The position numbers were made by a program, and so were the translations under genes. Below are positions 26,234-36,661 of a DNA stretch of 64,000 bases, piece by piece; position 1 is the first letter of the stretch, and every line of letters starts with the position of its first letter. The notes under the pieces are model-generated. The model was given only the letters and a program-made list of their open reading frames with translations. It was not told the origin of the DNA and did no database searches. Source of the DNA: Mobula hypostoma (taxonomy: Eukaryota); contig NC_086098.1 of assembly GCF_963921235.1 (NCBI RefSeq), positions 6,696,001 through 6,760,000 on the forward strand. Direction: 5' to 3'.

Positions 26234-26650
26234 GCACCTCTTCCTACAGATGCTGCCTGGCCTGCTGCGTTCACCAGCAACTTTGATGTGTGTTGCTTGA
26301 ATTTCCAGCATCTGCAGAATTCCTGTTGGAAAGCACTAGATCCTTTTTCAAGGAATCACCTGTTTAGAATAGAGATGACAAACAATGTTTTCTCTCGGGT
26401 TGTGACGCAAGAATTCTCTCTCCCAGGGAGCTGTGGAGACGGGCTCATTGAATATACTCCAAGCAGAGATAGGTGTGCTGATAACGAACGATATAACCTG
26501 GAGCCACAGTACCTCCTCACCGGTCAAGAAGACACAGCAGAGTTTACACTTTCTGCAGAGGCTGAGCAATTGTAACATGGAAGCGGGTTCGTAGGCTTGG
26601 TGAGTGAGGCAGAAGACACTGATTATGGATAAGCATATTTATCAGGGCAG

Positions 26651-27298
26651 GAGGAGAAGATGGCGACGCGACGCAGCGCAAGCGGCCTCTCCAGTGATGA
26701 ATATCTGTTATCTGTCAAGTAGGTGCCGTGCACAATCCTGATTTGATGGAGACAGATGTGAGAAGCACGGAGGAACATCTGGTGAAACTTCTGAAATGCC
26801 TGTTTCGCTGCCGCCGCTACCATGTGATCCGAAATCTCCGGAGGGGAAGGCTCCGAATCCTTGGCTTTGCCTGTTGCTCGGCGGCCGGCGCCGGGGTCAA
26901 AGCGCTCGGCAGAGATGGTGCTCGGGCGGAGGCTCGGAGTTTTCGGACGGACTCAGAGTCGGACTGTGGTCGAGTGCTTCCAGGACGCTGCATCGGCAAG
27001 ATTGCGGTGCTGGAAGCTCATGGCAGGGAGAGTTTCTCCCTTCTACCGTCTGCGTGAGATGATGGGACTTTCGAGAGACTTTGAGACTTTTTTTACCGTG
27101 CCCATGGTCTGTTCTTTATCAAATTACGGTATTGCTTTGCACTGTTGTAACTATATGTTATAATTATGTGGTTTTTGTCAGTTTTAGTCTTGGTCTGTCT
27201 TGTGTTTCTGTGATATCATTCTGGAGGAACATTGTATCATTTTTAATGCATGCATTTCTAAATGACAATAAACGAGGGCTGTGTGTCCTCATAATCTA
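26651..27298 (+). mobile_element. Young CpG-rich non-autonomous retroposon-like element
   Basis: Starts with aagatggcg (YY1-type 5' motif), has a CpG-rich body and an AT-rich 3' part with gacaataaa and a taatcta tail. No credible ORF. Confidence 0.5.
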
Positions 27299-27714
27299 GT
27301 CATTTAAACAATAAAATATTTAACCGACCATCTAAGTCCTCGCACCCAAATTACACAGACCACAAAACTAAATACTCAACAAACAGCCAATTAGCTAAGA
27401 CTGCGCACGGGCTTTCTAAATCTGAAGCATATTTTCCCAAAGGTTCTTCAGTACTGGTCGCAACCTCAGAGTGAAGAGCCCCGGGAGAGTAAAGGAAAGA
27501 GAGAGAGCCTCCTGCACGTGCTCTTCTTGTACGCAGGGTGTCTGATACCTGACACTGGACACTGGTACCGTGGCACACAAGGCAACCAATGGGAAAGAAC
27601 TGCTGCATCCTTCAAATGGGCCAATTGACGACCGGCAGAATGGAAACAGTTATTAACTGACAAGCGAATAAACATCCAGGTAACGGCCGTGCAAGTCTCC
27701 CCACCCCCACCTTC

Positions 27715-28270
27715 TAGCAACCTTCTACAGGAGCACCACAGAGGCTGTCCTGTCTGGCTGCATCATCGTGTGGTATGCATACTACAAAGCATCAGAACTG
27801 CAAGACACTACAAAGGACAGTAAAAACCACCTATAGGGTCACCAGGTCTCCCTCATCCCTATTTGTGACATTTATCGAGAGCATTGCAGATGAAGGGCCC
27901 AAAGCATTGTTGAGGATCCCTACCACCCATTGCACAATCTCTTTGATCCACTACCATCAGGAAGGAGGTACAGGAGCATTAGGCTTAGGACTACCAGACT
28001 GGGTAACAGCTTCTTCCCTCAGGCTGAGAGACTAATGAATACCCTGCCACCACCGAGATCTCACCACTAGGACAGCAAGCGGTTTACTGTTTACCCGTGC
28101 TGTGCACTGCATATATTTTGAATTATGTATCTTACTATCTCTTTTTTGGCAATATTGTGTTTTATGTACAGTGTGTGGTATATATTTTGTGGGTGCACTG
28201 CGGTCCAGAGGAACGTCGTTTCATTTGGTTGTATATATGTGCAGTCAGATGACGATAAAATTGAACTTGT
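27715..28270 (+). mobile_element. Rex1/Babar-type LINE 3' remnant
   Basis: ttctacagg...gaggctgtcctgtctggctgcatc, ggaggtacaggagc and aacagcttcttccc. Confidence 0.65.
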
Positions 28271-28764
28271 TCCTTATGTCATCTTAATCACTCTTCCCAA
28301 TTCCTAAAACGTTAACCTGTTTCTCTCCCCATAGATGCTGCCTGATCTGCTTGGAATTTATATCACTTCCTGTTTTTGATTGGATTTGAAAGTTTCACGC
28401 ATTCCATCACCCGTTCAGTCTGGGTCAATTGACTTTGAGGTTTCCAATATAAAAATGGGTGTAAAATAGAATAAGTAATTGTGCGTTAGGGTAAGTGCTG
28501 AACTGATGATGTGGCTTTCTTTGGAGGGTATGAAAATTGATATGTCAACTCATAAATCCATTATTTATGCACTTGAGACACAGCATGTTTCAAAGCTTGT
28601 GATCTGAGATGATTTTCACTTTTAACATGATTCATGCTGGTGCAATCAAAATGCACTCAAACAGAAACTATAGAGCAGAATTTCTAAAAAAAAGTCAGAA
28701 GTTGTAATGAAACATGAGAAACGTTCTTAAAGCCCAGTCCATCAAAGGAAAAGCCTCCCCCACC

Positions 28765-28973
28765 CCCCACTATTCACCATATCTACAAGGAGTACAAAGG
28801 AAAAGTCCTCCCCACTATTCACCATATCTACAAGGAGTACAAAGGAAAAGTCCTCCCCACTATTCACCATATCTACAAGGAGTACAAAGGAAAAGTCCTC
28901 CCCACTATTCACCATATCTACAAGGAGTACAAAGGAAAAGTCCTCCCCACTATTCACCATATCTACAAGGAGT
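28765..28973. repeat. 45-bp perfect tandem repeat, about 4.6 copies, inside a Rex-type remnant
   Basis: Unit ccccactattcaccatatctacaaggagtacaaaggaaaagtcct. Confidence 0.95.
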
Positions 28974-29902
28974 GCTATCGCAGGAAAGCAGCATCCATCA
29001 TCTGGGGCCCCACCAAACAGGCCGTGCTTTCGTTTCACTCCTGACATCAGGAAGGAGGTGCAGGAGCCTCAGGTCCCACATGATCAGGTTCAGGAACAGT
29101 TATTATCCGACTGTTATGTTTTATTTGCCTCACTACGTTTCAACAGGTCATTCAGTTTAAAAATAGCTTGTCGCCAATGTAATGTTTTGTGACTTCAAAA
29201 CTTTAAACTACTTCAAAGGAAGGCAAGGGAAATGCGGGTCTAACTTCAAGTTTACCTTAAGAAAAGCATGCCATCAGCATTTGCTACGAAATGACATATA
29301 CAATTCACGTATTTATACATATAACCAGTAATTAATTATTTAAACAAACAAGAATGCTTAATCAAACAATATATACAAGATTACTGAAGTATTAAATACA
29401 CCCACAGGCTCCTGAACCAGCATAGGTAACTTCACTCACCCCAACACTGAACTGACTGCACAACCTACACAGACTCACTTGCAAGGACTCTACAACTCAT
29501 GTTCTCAGTATTATTTGTTGCTTGTTATTATTTTTGTCCAATTTGTCTTCTTTTGCACATTAGTTGTTGGTGTGTAGTTTTTCATTGATTCTATTGAACT
29601 TCTTTGTTCAGCTATGAATACCCGCAAGAAAATGAATCTCAGGGTTGTATATGATGATTTGCACAGGCTGAACTTTGCACTTATCCTGAAATTCTGCTGG
29701 TAACTTCAAAGACCTTTACAGCCAATACTAAATCCCGGTTAACTGGGAAATGGGTGAAAGGGAGATCAGTCAGGATCAGAATCAGGCTTATTATCATTGG
29801 AATATGTCATGAAATTTGTTGTTTTGCGGCAGCAGTACTGTGCAATACATAAAAGTACTTAAATTACAGTGATATATAAAGTAACTAATAGGAAGGAGAA
29901 AT

Positions 29903-31406
29903 AACTCGTTAGATTCTGGACTAGTTCCTGAGGATTGGAGGGTGGCTAATGTAACCCCACTTTTTAAAAAAGGAGGGAGAGAGAAACCGGGGAATTATAG
30001 ACCGGTTAGCCTAACGTCGGTGGTGGGGAAACTGCTGGAGTCAGTTATCAAGGATGTGATAACAGCACATTTGGAAAGCGGTAAAATGATCGGACAAAGT
30101 CAGCATGGATTTGTGAAAGGAAAATCATGTCTGACGAATCTCATAGAATTTTTTGAGGATGTAACTAGTAGAGTGGATAGGGGAGAACCAGTGGATGTGG
30201 TATATTTGGATTTTCAAAAGGCTTTTGACAAGGTCCCACACAGGAGATTAGTGTGCAAACTTAAAGCACATGGTATTGGGGTAAGGTATTGGTGTGGGTG
30301 GAGGGAGAATTGGTTAGCAGACAGGAAGCAAAGAGTGGGAATAAACGGGACCTTTTCAGAATGGCAGGCGGTGACTAGTGGGGTACCGCAAGGCTCAGTG
30401 CTGGGACCCCAGTTGTTTACGATATATGTTAATGACTTGGATGAGGGAATTAAATGCAGCACCTCCAAGTTTGCGGATGACGCGAAGCTGGGTGGCAGTG
30501 TTAGCTGTGAGGAGGATGCTAAGAGGATGCAGGGTGACTTGGATAGGTTAGGTGAGTGGGCAAATTCATGGCAGATGCAATTTAATGTGGATAAATGTGA
30601 AGTTATCCACTTTGGTGGCAAAAATAGGAAAACAGATTATTATCTGAATGGTGGCCGATTAGGAAAAGGGGAGGTGCAACGAGACCTGGGTGTCATTATA
30701 CACCAGTCATTGAAAGTGGGCATGCAGGTACAGCAGGCGGTGAAAAAGGCGAATGGTATGCTGGCATTTATAGCGAGAGGATTCGAGTACAGGAGCAGGG
30801 AGGTACTACTGCAGTTGTACAAGGCCTTGGTGAGCCCACACCTGGAGTATTGTGTGCAGTTTTGGTCACCTAATCTGAGGAAAGACATCCTTGCCATAGA
30901 GGGAACACAAAGAAGGTTCACCAGATTGATTCCTGGGATGGCAGGACTTTCATATGAAGAAAGACTGGATGAACTGGGCTTGTACTCGTTGGAATTTAGA
31001 AGATTGAGGGGGGATCTGATTGAAACGTATAAGATCCTAAAGGGATTGGACAGGCTAGATGCAGGAAGATTGTTCCCGATGTTGGGGAAGTCCAGAACGA
31101 GGGGCCACAGTTTGAGGATAGAGGGGAAGCCTTTTAGGACCGAGATGAGGAAAAACTTCTTCACACAGGGAGTGGTGAATCTGTGGAATTCTCTGCCACA
31201 GGAAACAGTTGAGGCCAGTTCATTGGCTATATTTAAGAGGGAGTTAGATATGGCCCTTGTGGCTACGGGGGTCAGGGGGTATGGAGGGAAGGCTGGGGCG
31301 GGGTTCTGAGTTGGATGATCAGCCATGATCATAATAAATGGCGGTGCAGGCTCGAAGGGCCGAATGGCCTACTCCTGCACCTATTTTCTATGTTTCTATG
31401 TTTCTA
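29903..31406 (+). mobile_element. Young 5'-truncated CR1 LINE
   Basis: Open RT frame to the natural stop, a 3' UTR and a (tttctatg)n tail. Confidence 0.95.
29942..31309 (+). pseudogene. CR1 ORF2 reverse transcriptase domain, open frame but no real start
   Basis: NYRPVSLTS, QHGF, YLDFQKAFDKV, GVPQGSVLGP, KFADD, RDLGV and NLWNSLP. Confidence 0.9.
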
Positions 31407-31419
31407 TAATGTTACCACC

Positions 31420-32230
31420 TCGCGAACACTAGCGTACCTCAGGGCTGTGTGCTTAGCCCACTGCTCTACTGTCTCTGCACCCATGACTGTGTGGCTAGGC
31501 ACAGCTCAAATGCCATCTATAAATTTAATGACAACAGAATTAATTTTGGCAGAATTTCAGATGGTATCAGGAGGGTGTACAGGAGCTGGCTGATCTTGCA
31601 CTAAACGTTAGTAAGACCAAAGAACTGATTGTGAAGTTCAGAAAGGGTAAGACACTGGAACACGTGCCAGTCCTCACAGATGGATCAGAAGTGGAAAGGG
31701 TGAGCAGTTTCAAGTTCCTGGGTGCCAACATCTCTGAAGATCAATCTGTCTATCCTGGGCACGACATGTGGAGGCAGCTACAGCGAAAACAGGACCAGCG
31801 GCTATATTTCATTAGGAATTTGTGAAGATCTGATATGCCACCACAGACACTCACAAATTTCTACAGATGTACAGTGGAGAGCATTCTAACGGACTGTATC
31901 ACCGGGGGTGATGCAGGGGTGAGCACCGCACAGGATCAAAATAAACTGCAGAAACTCAGCTCCATCATGGCACTGGCCACCATCGTATCCAGGACATCTT
32001 CAAGGAGCGATGCCTCAGAAAGGTGGCGTCCATCATCAAGGATCTCTGTCACCCACAACGTGCCCTCTTCTCTTTGCTACCATCGGGGAGGAGGTACAGG
32101 AGCCTGACCGCACACACTCAGCAATTCAGGAACAGCTCCTTCCTCACTGCCATCAGATATTCTGGATGGACTTTAAACCCATGAACACTACCTCACTGAT
32201 TTTTCTTCTGTTTACTTAGTTAAACTATTT
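31420..32230 (+). mobile_element. Rex1/Babar-type LINE remnant
   Basis: PQGCVLSPL, VERVSSFKFLG and LTNFYRCTVESILT in shifting frames. Confidence 0.75.
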
Positions 32231-32600
32231 TATATAGATTTTTTTCTTACCCCTGATGGGTGTTGTGTATGTGTATTTATCCCTTAGTCTCAGGTCCTCT
32301 ATCAGAGGCCTGGGAACTTGAGAGTTTGCTGCAGTATCCTTGCTGTTCCTGGTCGTGCGTCCTTCTGGACCGAGATCTCAGATGTTGTTCCCAGTGTTTG
32401 CAGGAGTTACTCTCCCAGTTCAGGTGTCACAGCTCCAAGTGATCCTGTCACCACTGGGATTACTCCACATCCTTTCTATCTGCTCTTTCTAGCCCTGGCA
32501 TTTCGCTAGCTTCTCATATTCTTTCTTTCTGATGTTACTGTCATTCGGGATTGCCACACTTATTACTATTGCGCTCTTCTGTCCTTTGTCCACTATTACT

Positions 32601-32736
32601 CCAACTTTCAAATCTCTTACTCACTCTTCCTTCAGTTAGTCCTGACGAAGGGTCTCGGCCTGAAACGTCGACTGTACCTCTTCCTAGAGATGCTGCCTGG
32701 CCTGCTGCGTTCACCAGCAACTTTGATGTGTGTTGC
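32601..32736 (+). mobile_element. Stand-alone Penelope pLTR fragment with 12-bp TSD
   Basis: Near-identical to 26161-26296. TSD tccactattact at 32589-32600 and 32737-32748. Confidence 0.9.
32638..32673 (+). ncRNA. Minimal type I hammerhead ribozyme motif with intact core
   Basis: agtc ctgacga a gggt ctcg gcct gaa acgt c gact. Predicted cleavage after C32669. Confidence 0.75.
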
Positions 32737-34774
32737 TCCACTATTACTATGTCTGGTTGGTTGGCCAGAACCTGCTTATCACTGTGTATTTGGAAGTCCC
32801 GCAGGATCTTAGCTCTGTCATTCTCCACTACCGTCTCGGGTGTTTCCCATTTGGACTTGGGAGTGTCCAATCCATACTCAGCACAGATGTTCCTGTACAC
32901 AGTTCCTGCAACTTGGTTTTGCCGTTCAGTGTATGCTGTCCCTGCCTGCATCTTGCACCCTGCTACTATGTACTGGCTGGTTTTAGCAGATTCCTTGCAC
33001 AGTTTGCATCTGGGGTCTTGTCTGGTGTCACAGACCCCTGCTTCTATTGGTCTTGTGCTCAGCGTCTGTTCTTGTGCAGCCATGAGCAGAGCCTCTGTGC
33101 TGTCCCTCAGCCCTGCCATTTCCAGCCTGTGGTGGGACTTCCTTATGTCAGCCACCTCTGACACCTGGTGGTGGGACATCCCGTGCAGTGGCTTGTCCGG
33201 CCAATGGCCTCTGGTCCTCTGGCTCTGCTTCACCCACTTCTATTTCCATGTCTCCTGCCTGCTGCCTGAGGGATTCTCCCTCCTGGCCCCTCCTGGCACG
33301 CTCATGGATGTTTCGTATTTCTTCCAGGACTGTGGCCCTAAGTCCCGTCCTCTTTTATTCCGGCAGGTGTACAGTCACTCGATGTTGGACTTTGAATGGA
33401 CTCCTCTCGATGAGAGAGGCAGGAACAGGAATAGTCATGCCGGCGCAAAAGTCACCCGGATTAACAATGTCTGCGCCAATGTTTGGGCAACCAGGACCAC
33501 TTGGCGAGATATTGGCTACCAGAACAAACTGGGAATATATATATACACACACTTGCTGTGTAATTCACATTTTTTTCCATTATAATGTATGTATTGTACT
33601 GCTGATGCAAGACAACAAATTTCATGATGCATGCTTGTGATATTGAACCCAATTCTGAATGTGGGGAGAATAAAAAATGTAGGATTGGTCTAAATGGATG
33701 GTTGGTAGGCCGGAGAGCCCTTTTCTGCGCTGTATCTCTCCAAATAGTGCAAAAGGTGAGCAAAGTTGTGCCTGTGAAAGGTTGAGCAGATCTAGCACTT
33801 TCTATCAGTTTAAATCGCACACAAAATATCACCAAATGTTAGGCCACGTGATTGACCTGCACCTCAGTGTCAGGTTCCTGGGAAAAGATCTCAGCACCAT
33901 ATTGGATTTCACCAAGGTGTTTAAGGGACACTCGAGAGGGAACTTCTTCACTCAGAGGCTGGCACAAGTGTGGAACGAGCTGCCAGCGCAGGTGGTTGAA
34001 GCAGGTTTGATTTCAACATTTAAGAGAAATTTGGATATGGGCGTGAATGGGACGGATAGGGAGGGCCATGGTCCAGGTGCTGGTCGATGTATTGAGGCAG
34101 AATTACAGCCCGGCATGGGCTGGATGGAGCAAAGGTTGTTATTATGATGTCGTCATCTATGAATTGAAGACTCTGAAATTAGTGAAGTGCTTTTGAAATA
34201 AGTTTTTTAAATCACATAACAGCTGATGAGACAATGTAGTTTAATTAATTATTTAAATTTTCACATGTATTTCTTATTGTAATTTGTATATTTTCAATTA
34301 TTACGTATTGCAATTTACTGCTGTCGCAAAACAACGAATTTCATGATATATGCAGGTGATATTAGACCTGAATCTGACTCCGATTCTGAGATGCTCTGTG
34401 GTAAATGTCCTGACTGGCTGCATTGTGTGCTGGCACCACGATTCTACTGCACAGGAAAAGCAGAGGCCGCCACAGTAGAGCACATGGCCTGTTCCATTCT
34501 GGCCACACCCTCTGCACCGTTGCCAGCACCTACAGGAGGCACTGCCTGAAGAAGTGGTATCTATGATCAAATGTCCCCACCATCCGGGCCATGCCACCTT
34601 CTCGCTGCTACCCTCTGGTATAAGGTCCCGAAGCCTGAAGACCCGCACCACAGGACATATCTACAACATATCAGGTTCCTGAACTGACCCTACCTCAGCA
34701 GTGGGACACCACAGGGCCGCCTCAGGCATACCACAGATTCGATTCTGATTGTGGTTTGGTATTGATAAATCTTA

Positions 34775-35225
34775 GAACCATAGAACACTACAGCACAGAA
34801 AACAGGCCATTCAGCCCTTCTAGTCTATGCCAAAACTTTATTCCGCAAGACCCATTGACCTGCATCCCCCCATAACCCTCCAGACCTCTCCCATCCATGT
34901 ATCTATCCAATTTATTCTTAAAACTTAAGCGTGAGCCCCCATTTACCACATCAGATGGCAGCTCATTCCACACTCCCACCACACTCAGAGTGAAGAAGTT
35001 CCCCCAAATCTTTCCCCTTTCACCCTGAAGCCATGTCCTCTCGTATTTATCTCTCCTAATCCAAGTGGAAGGAGCCTATTCGCATTTACTCTGTCTATAC
35101 CCTTCATAGTTTTGTAAACCTCCATCAAATCTCCCCTCATTCTTCTACACTCCAAGGAATAAAGTCCTAACCTGTTCAATCTTTCCCTGTAACTCAGCTG
35201 CTGAAGACCCGGCAGCATCCTAGTA
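34775..35225 (-). mobile_element. CR1 LINE 3' fragment
   Basis: FTRMLPGLQQLSYRERL...RGDLMEVYK...TRGHGF and VWNELP. Confidence 0.85.
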
Positions 35226-35322
35226 AAGGCATAGGTATGTGCAGTCGTTTTTTTCACTGTCTGAGGAAGGTTCTGTGCGTTGCTTGAATCCCCAAGTCTG
35301 TACTGCTGCTGAAAGCATGAGA

Positions 35323-36661
35323 CCTCATCGTACACATCCCTCACCATCCCCATCCCTCGCCGGACCTGTCCCTTGCCGTACTCGTATCTCATCGTACCTG
35401 TCCCTTGCCGTACCCGTCCCTCATCGTACCCGTGTATCACTGTACCAGTCCCTCATTGTACCCGTGCCTCGTCCATTTGAGTACCTCGCCGTGCCCATCC
35501 CTTGCCGTACCTGTCCCTCACTGTTCTCGCACCTCACCGTAACCATCCTACTCCGTTTCCATACATCGCCGTACCCGTCCCTCATTGTACCCGTGTCTCA
35601 TCATACCCATCCCTCGTCGTACCTGTGTCTAAACGTACCCGTGTCTCACCATACCTGTCTGTCGTTGTCCCGCACCTCACCATACCCATCCCTCTCAATT
35701 TCCATACATTGCCGTACCCATCCCTCATCGTACCCATGCTTCGTCCTTTTGTGTCCCTTGCTGTACCCGTCATTTGCCATACCCATGTCTCATCGTACCC
35801 GTATCTCACTGTACCCGTCCCTTGCCATACTCGTGTCTCACCAAACCTGTCCCTCACCGTACCCAAGTCTCGCTGTACTCGTGTCTTATCATACCCGAGT
35901 CTCACAGTACCTGTCCCTCACCATACCCGTGTCTCACTGTACCTGTCCCTCGCTGTATCCGTGTCTCACCAAACCTATCCCTCGCCGTACTCGTGTCTCA
36001 CCGTACTTGTCCCTCGCCGTACCCGTCCCTCACCGTACCTGTCCCTCACTGTACTTGTGTCTCCCCATACCTGTGCCTCGCTGTACTCGTGTCTCACCGT
36101 ACCCGTCCTTCACCATACCTGTGTCTCACTGTACCTGTCCCTCGCCGTACCTGTGTCTCACCGTACCTGTGCCTCGCTGTACTTGTGTCTCACCGTACCC
36201 GTCCCTCGCTGTACTCGTGTCTCACCGTACCTGTCCCTCGCCTTACCTGTCTCTCACTGCACCTGTCCCTCGCCGTACCTGTCCCTCACTGTACCTGTCC
36301 CTCACCGTACTCGTGTCTCACCGTACCTGTCCCTCACTGTACCCATCCCTCGCCATACTTGTGTCTTACTGTACTCGTGTTTCACTGTACCTGTCCCTCA
36401 CCGTACCTGTCCCTCGCCGTACCCATCCCTCGCTGTACTTGTGTCTTACTGTACTCGTGTTTCACTGTACCTGTCCCTCACCGTACCCGTCTCACCGTAC
36501 CCGTCCCTCGCCATACCCGTGTCTCACCGTACCTGTCCCTCGCCGTACCCGTCTCACCGTACCCGTCCCTCGCCATACCCGTGTCTCACCGTACCTGTCC
36601 CTCGCCGTACCCATGTCTCACCACACCTGTCCCTTGCCATACTTGTGTCTCACCATACCCG
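35323..36661. repeat. Degenerate 16-bp minisatellite, about 80 units
   Basis: Units such as ccgtacctgtccctca and ccgtacccgtgtctca. Confidence 0.95.

Larger units (their letters stand above)
23430..26327 (+). mobile_element. Penelope-like retroelement (Neptune-type), 5'-truncated, with inverted pseudo-LTR
   Basis: 23430-23810 is the reverse complement of ~25902-26284. RT and GIY-YIG coding lies between the two copies. Direct repeat ggaaagcactagatc at 23415-23429 and 26328-26342. Confidence 0.92.
32270..33405 (-). mobile_element. R4/Dong-type (restriction-like endonuclease) non-LTR retrotransposon, C-terminal remnant
   Basis: KPLHG, AGLRDSTEALLMAAQEQ, CKLC...GC knuckle, ERQNQVA, and ENDRAKILRDFQI...NQPDIVIV (RLE PD motif). 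Confidence 0.8.

Noticed and set aside
28714..29160. ORF with 15-aa repeats; superficially CRISPR-like array
   Set aside because: The units are identical with no spacers, and the context is a eukaryotic LINE remnant.
29112..29406. TG...CA bounded AT-rich insert within a Rex remnant, possible small LTR
   Set aside because: No TSD could be identified, so it is left unclassified.
32551..33585. 344-aa plus-strand ORF
   Set aside because: It is the antisense of the R4-type element plus the pLTR insert, not a host gene.
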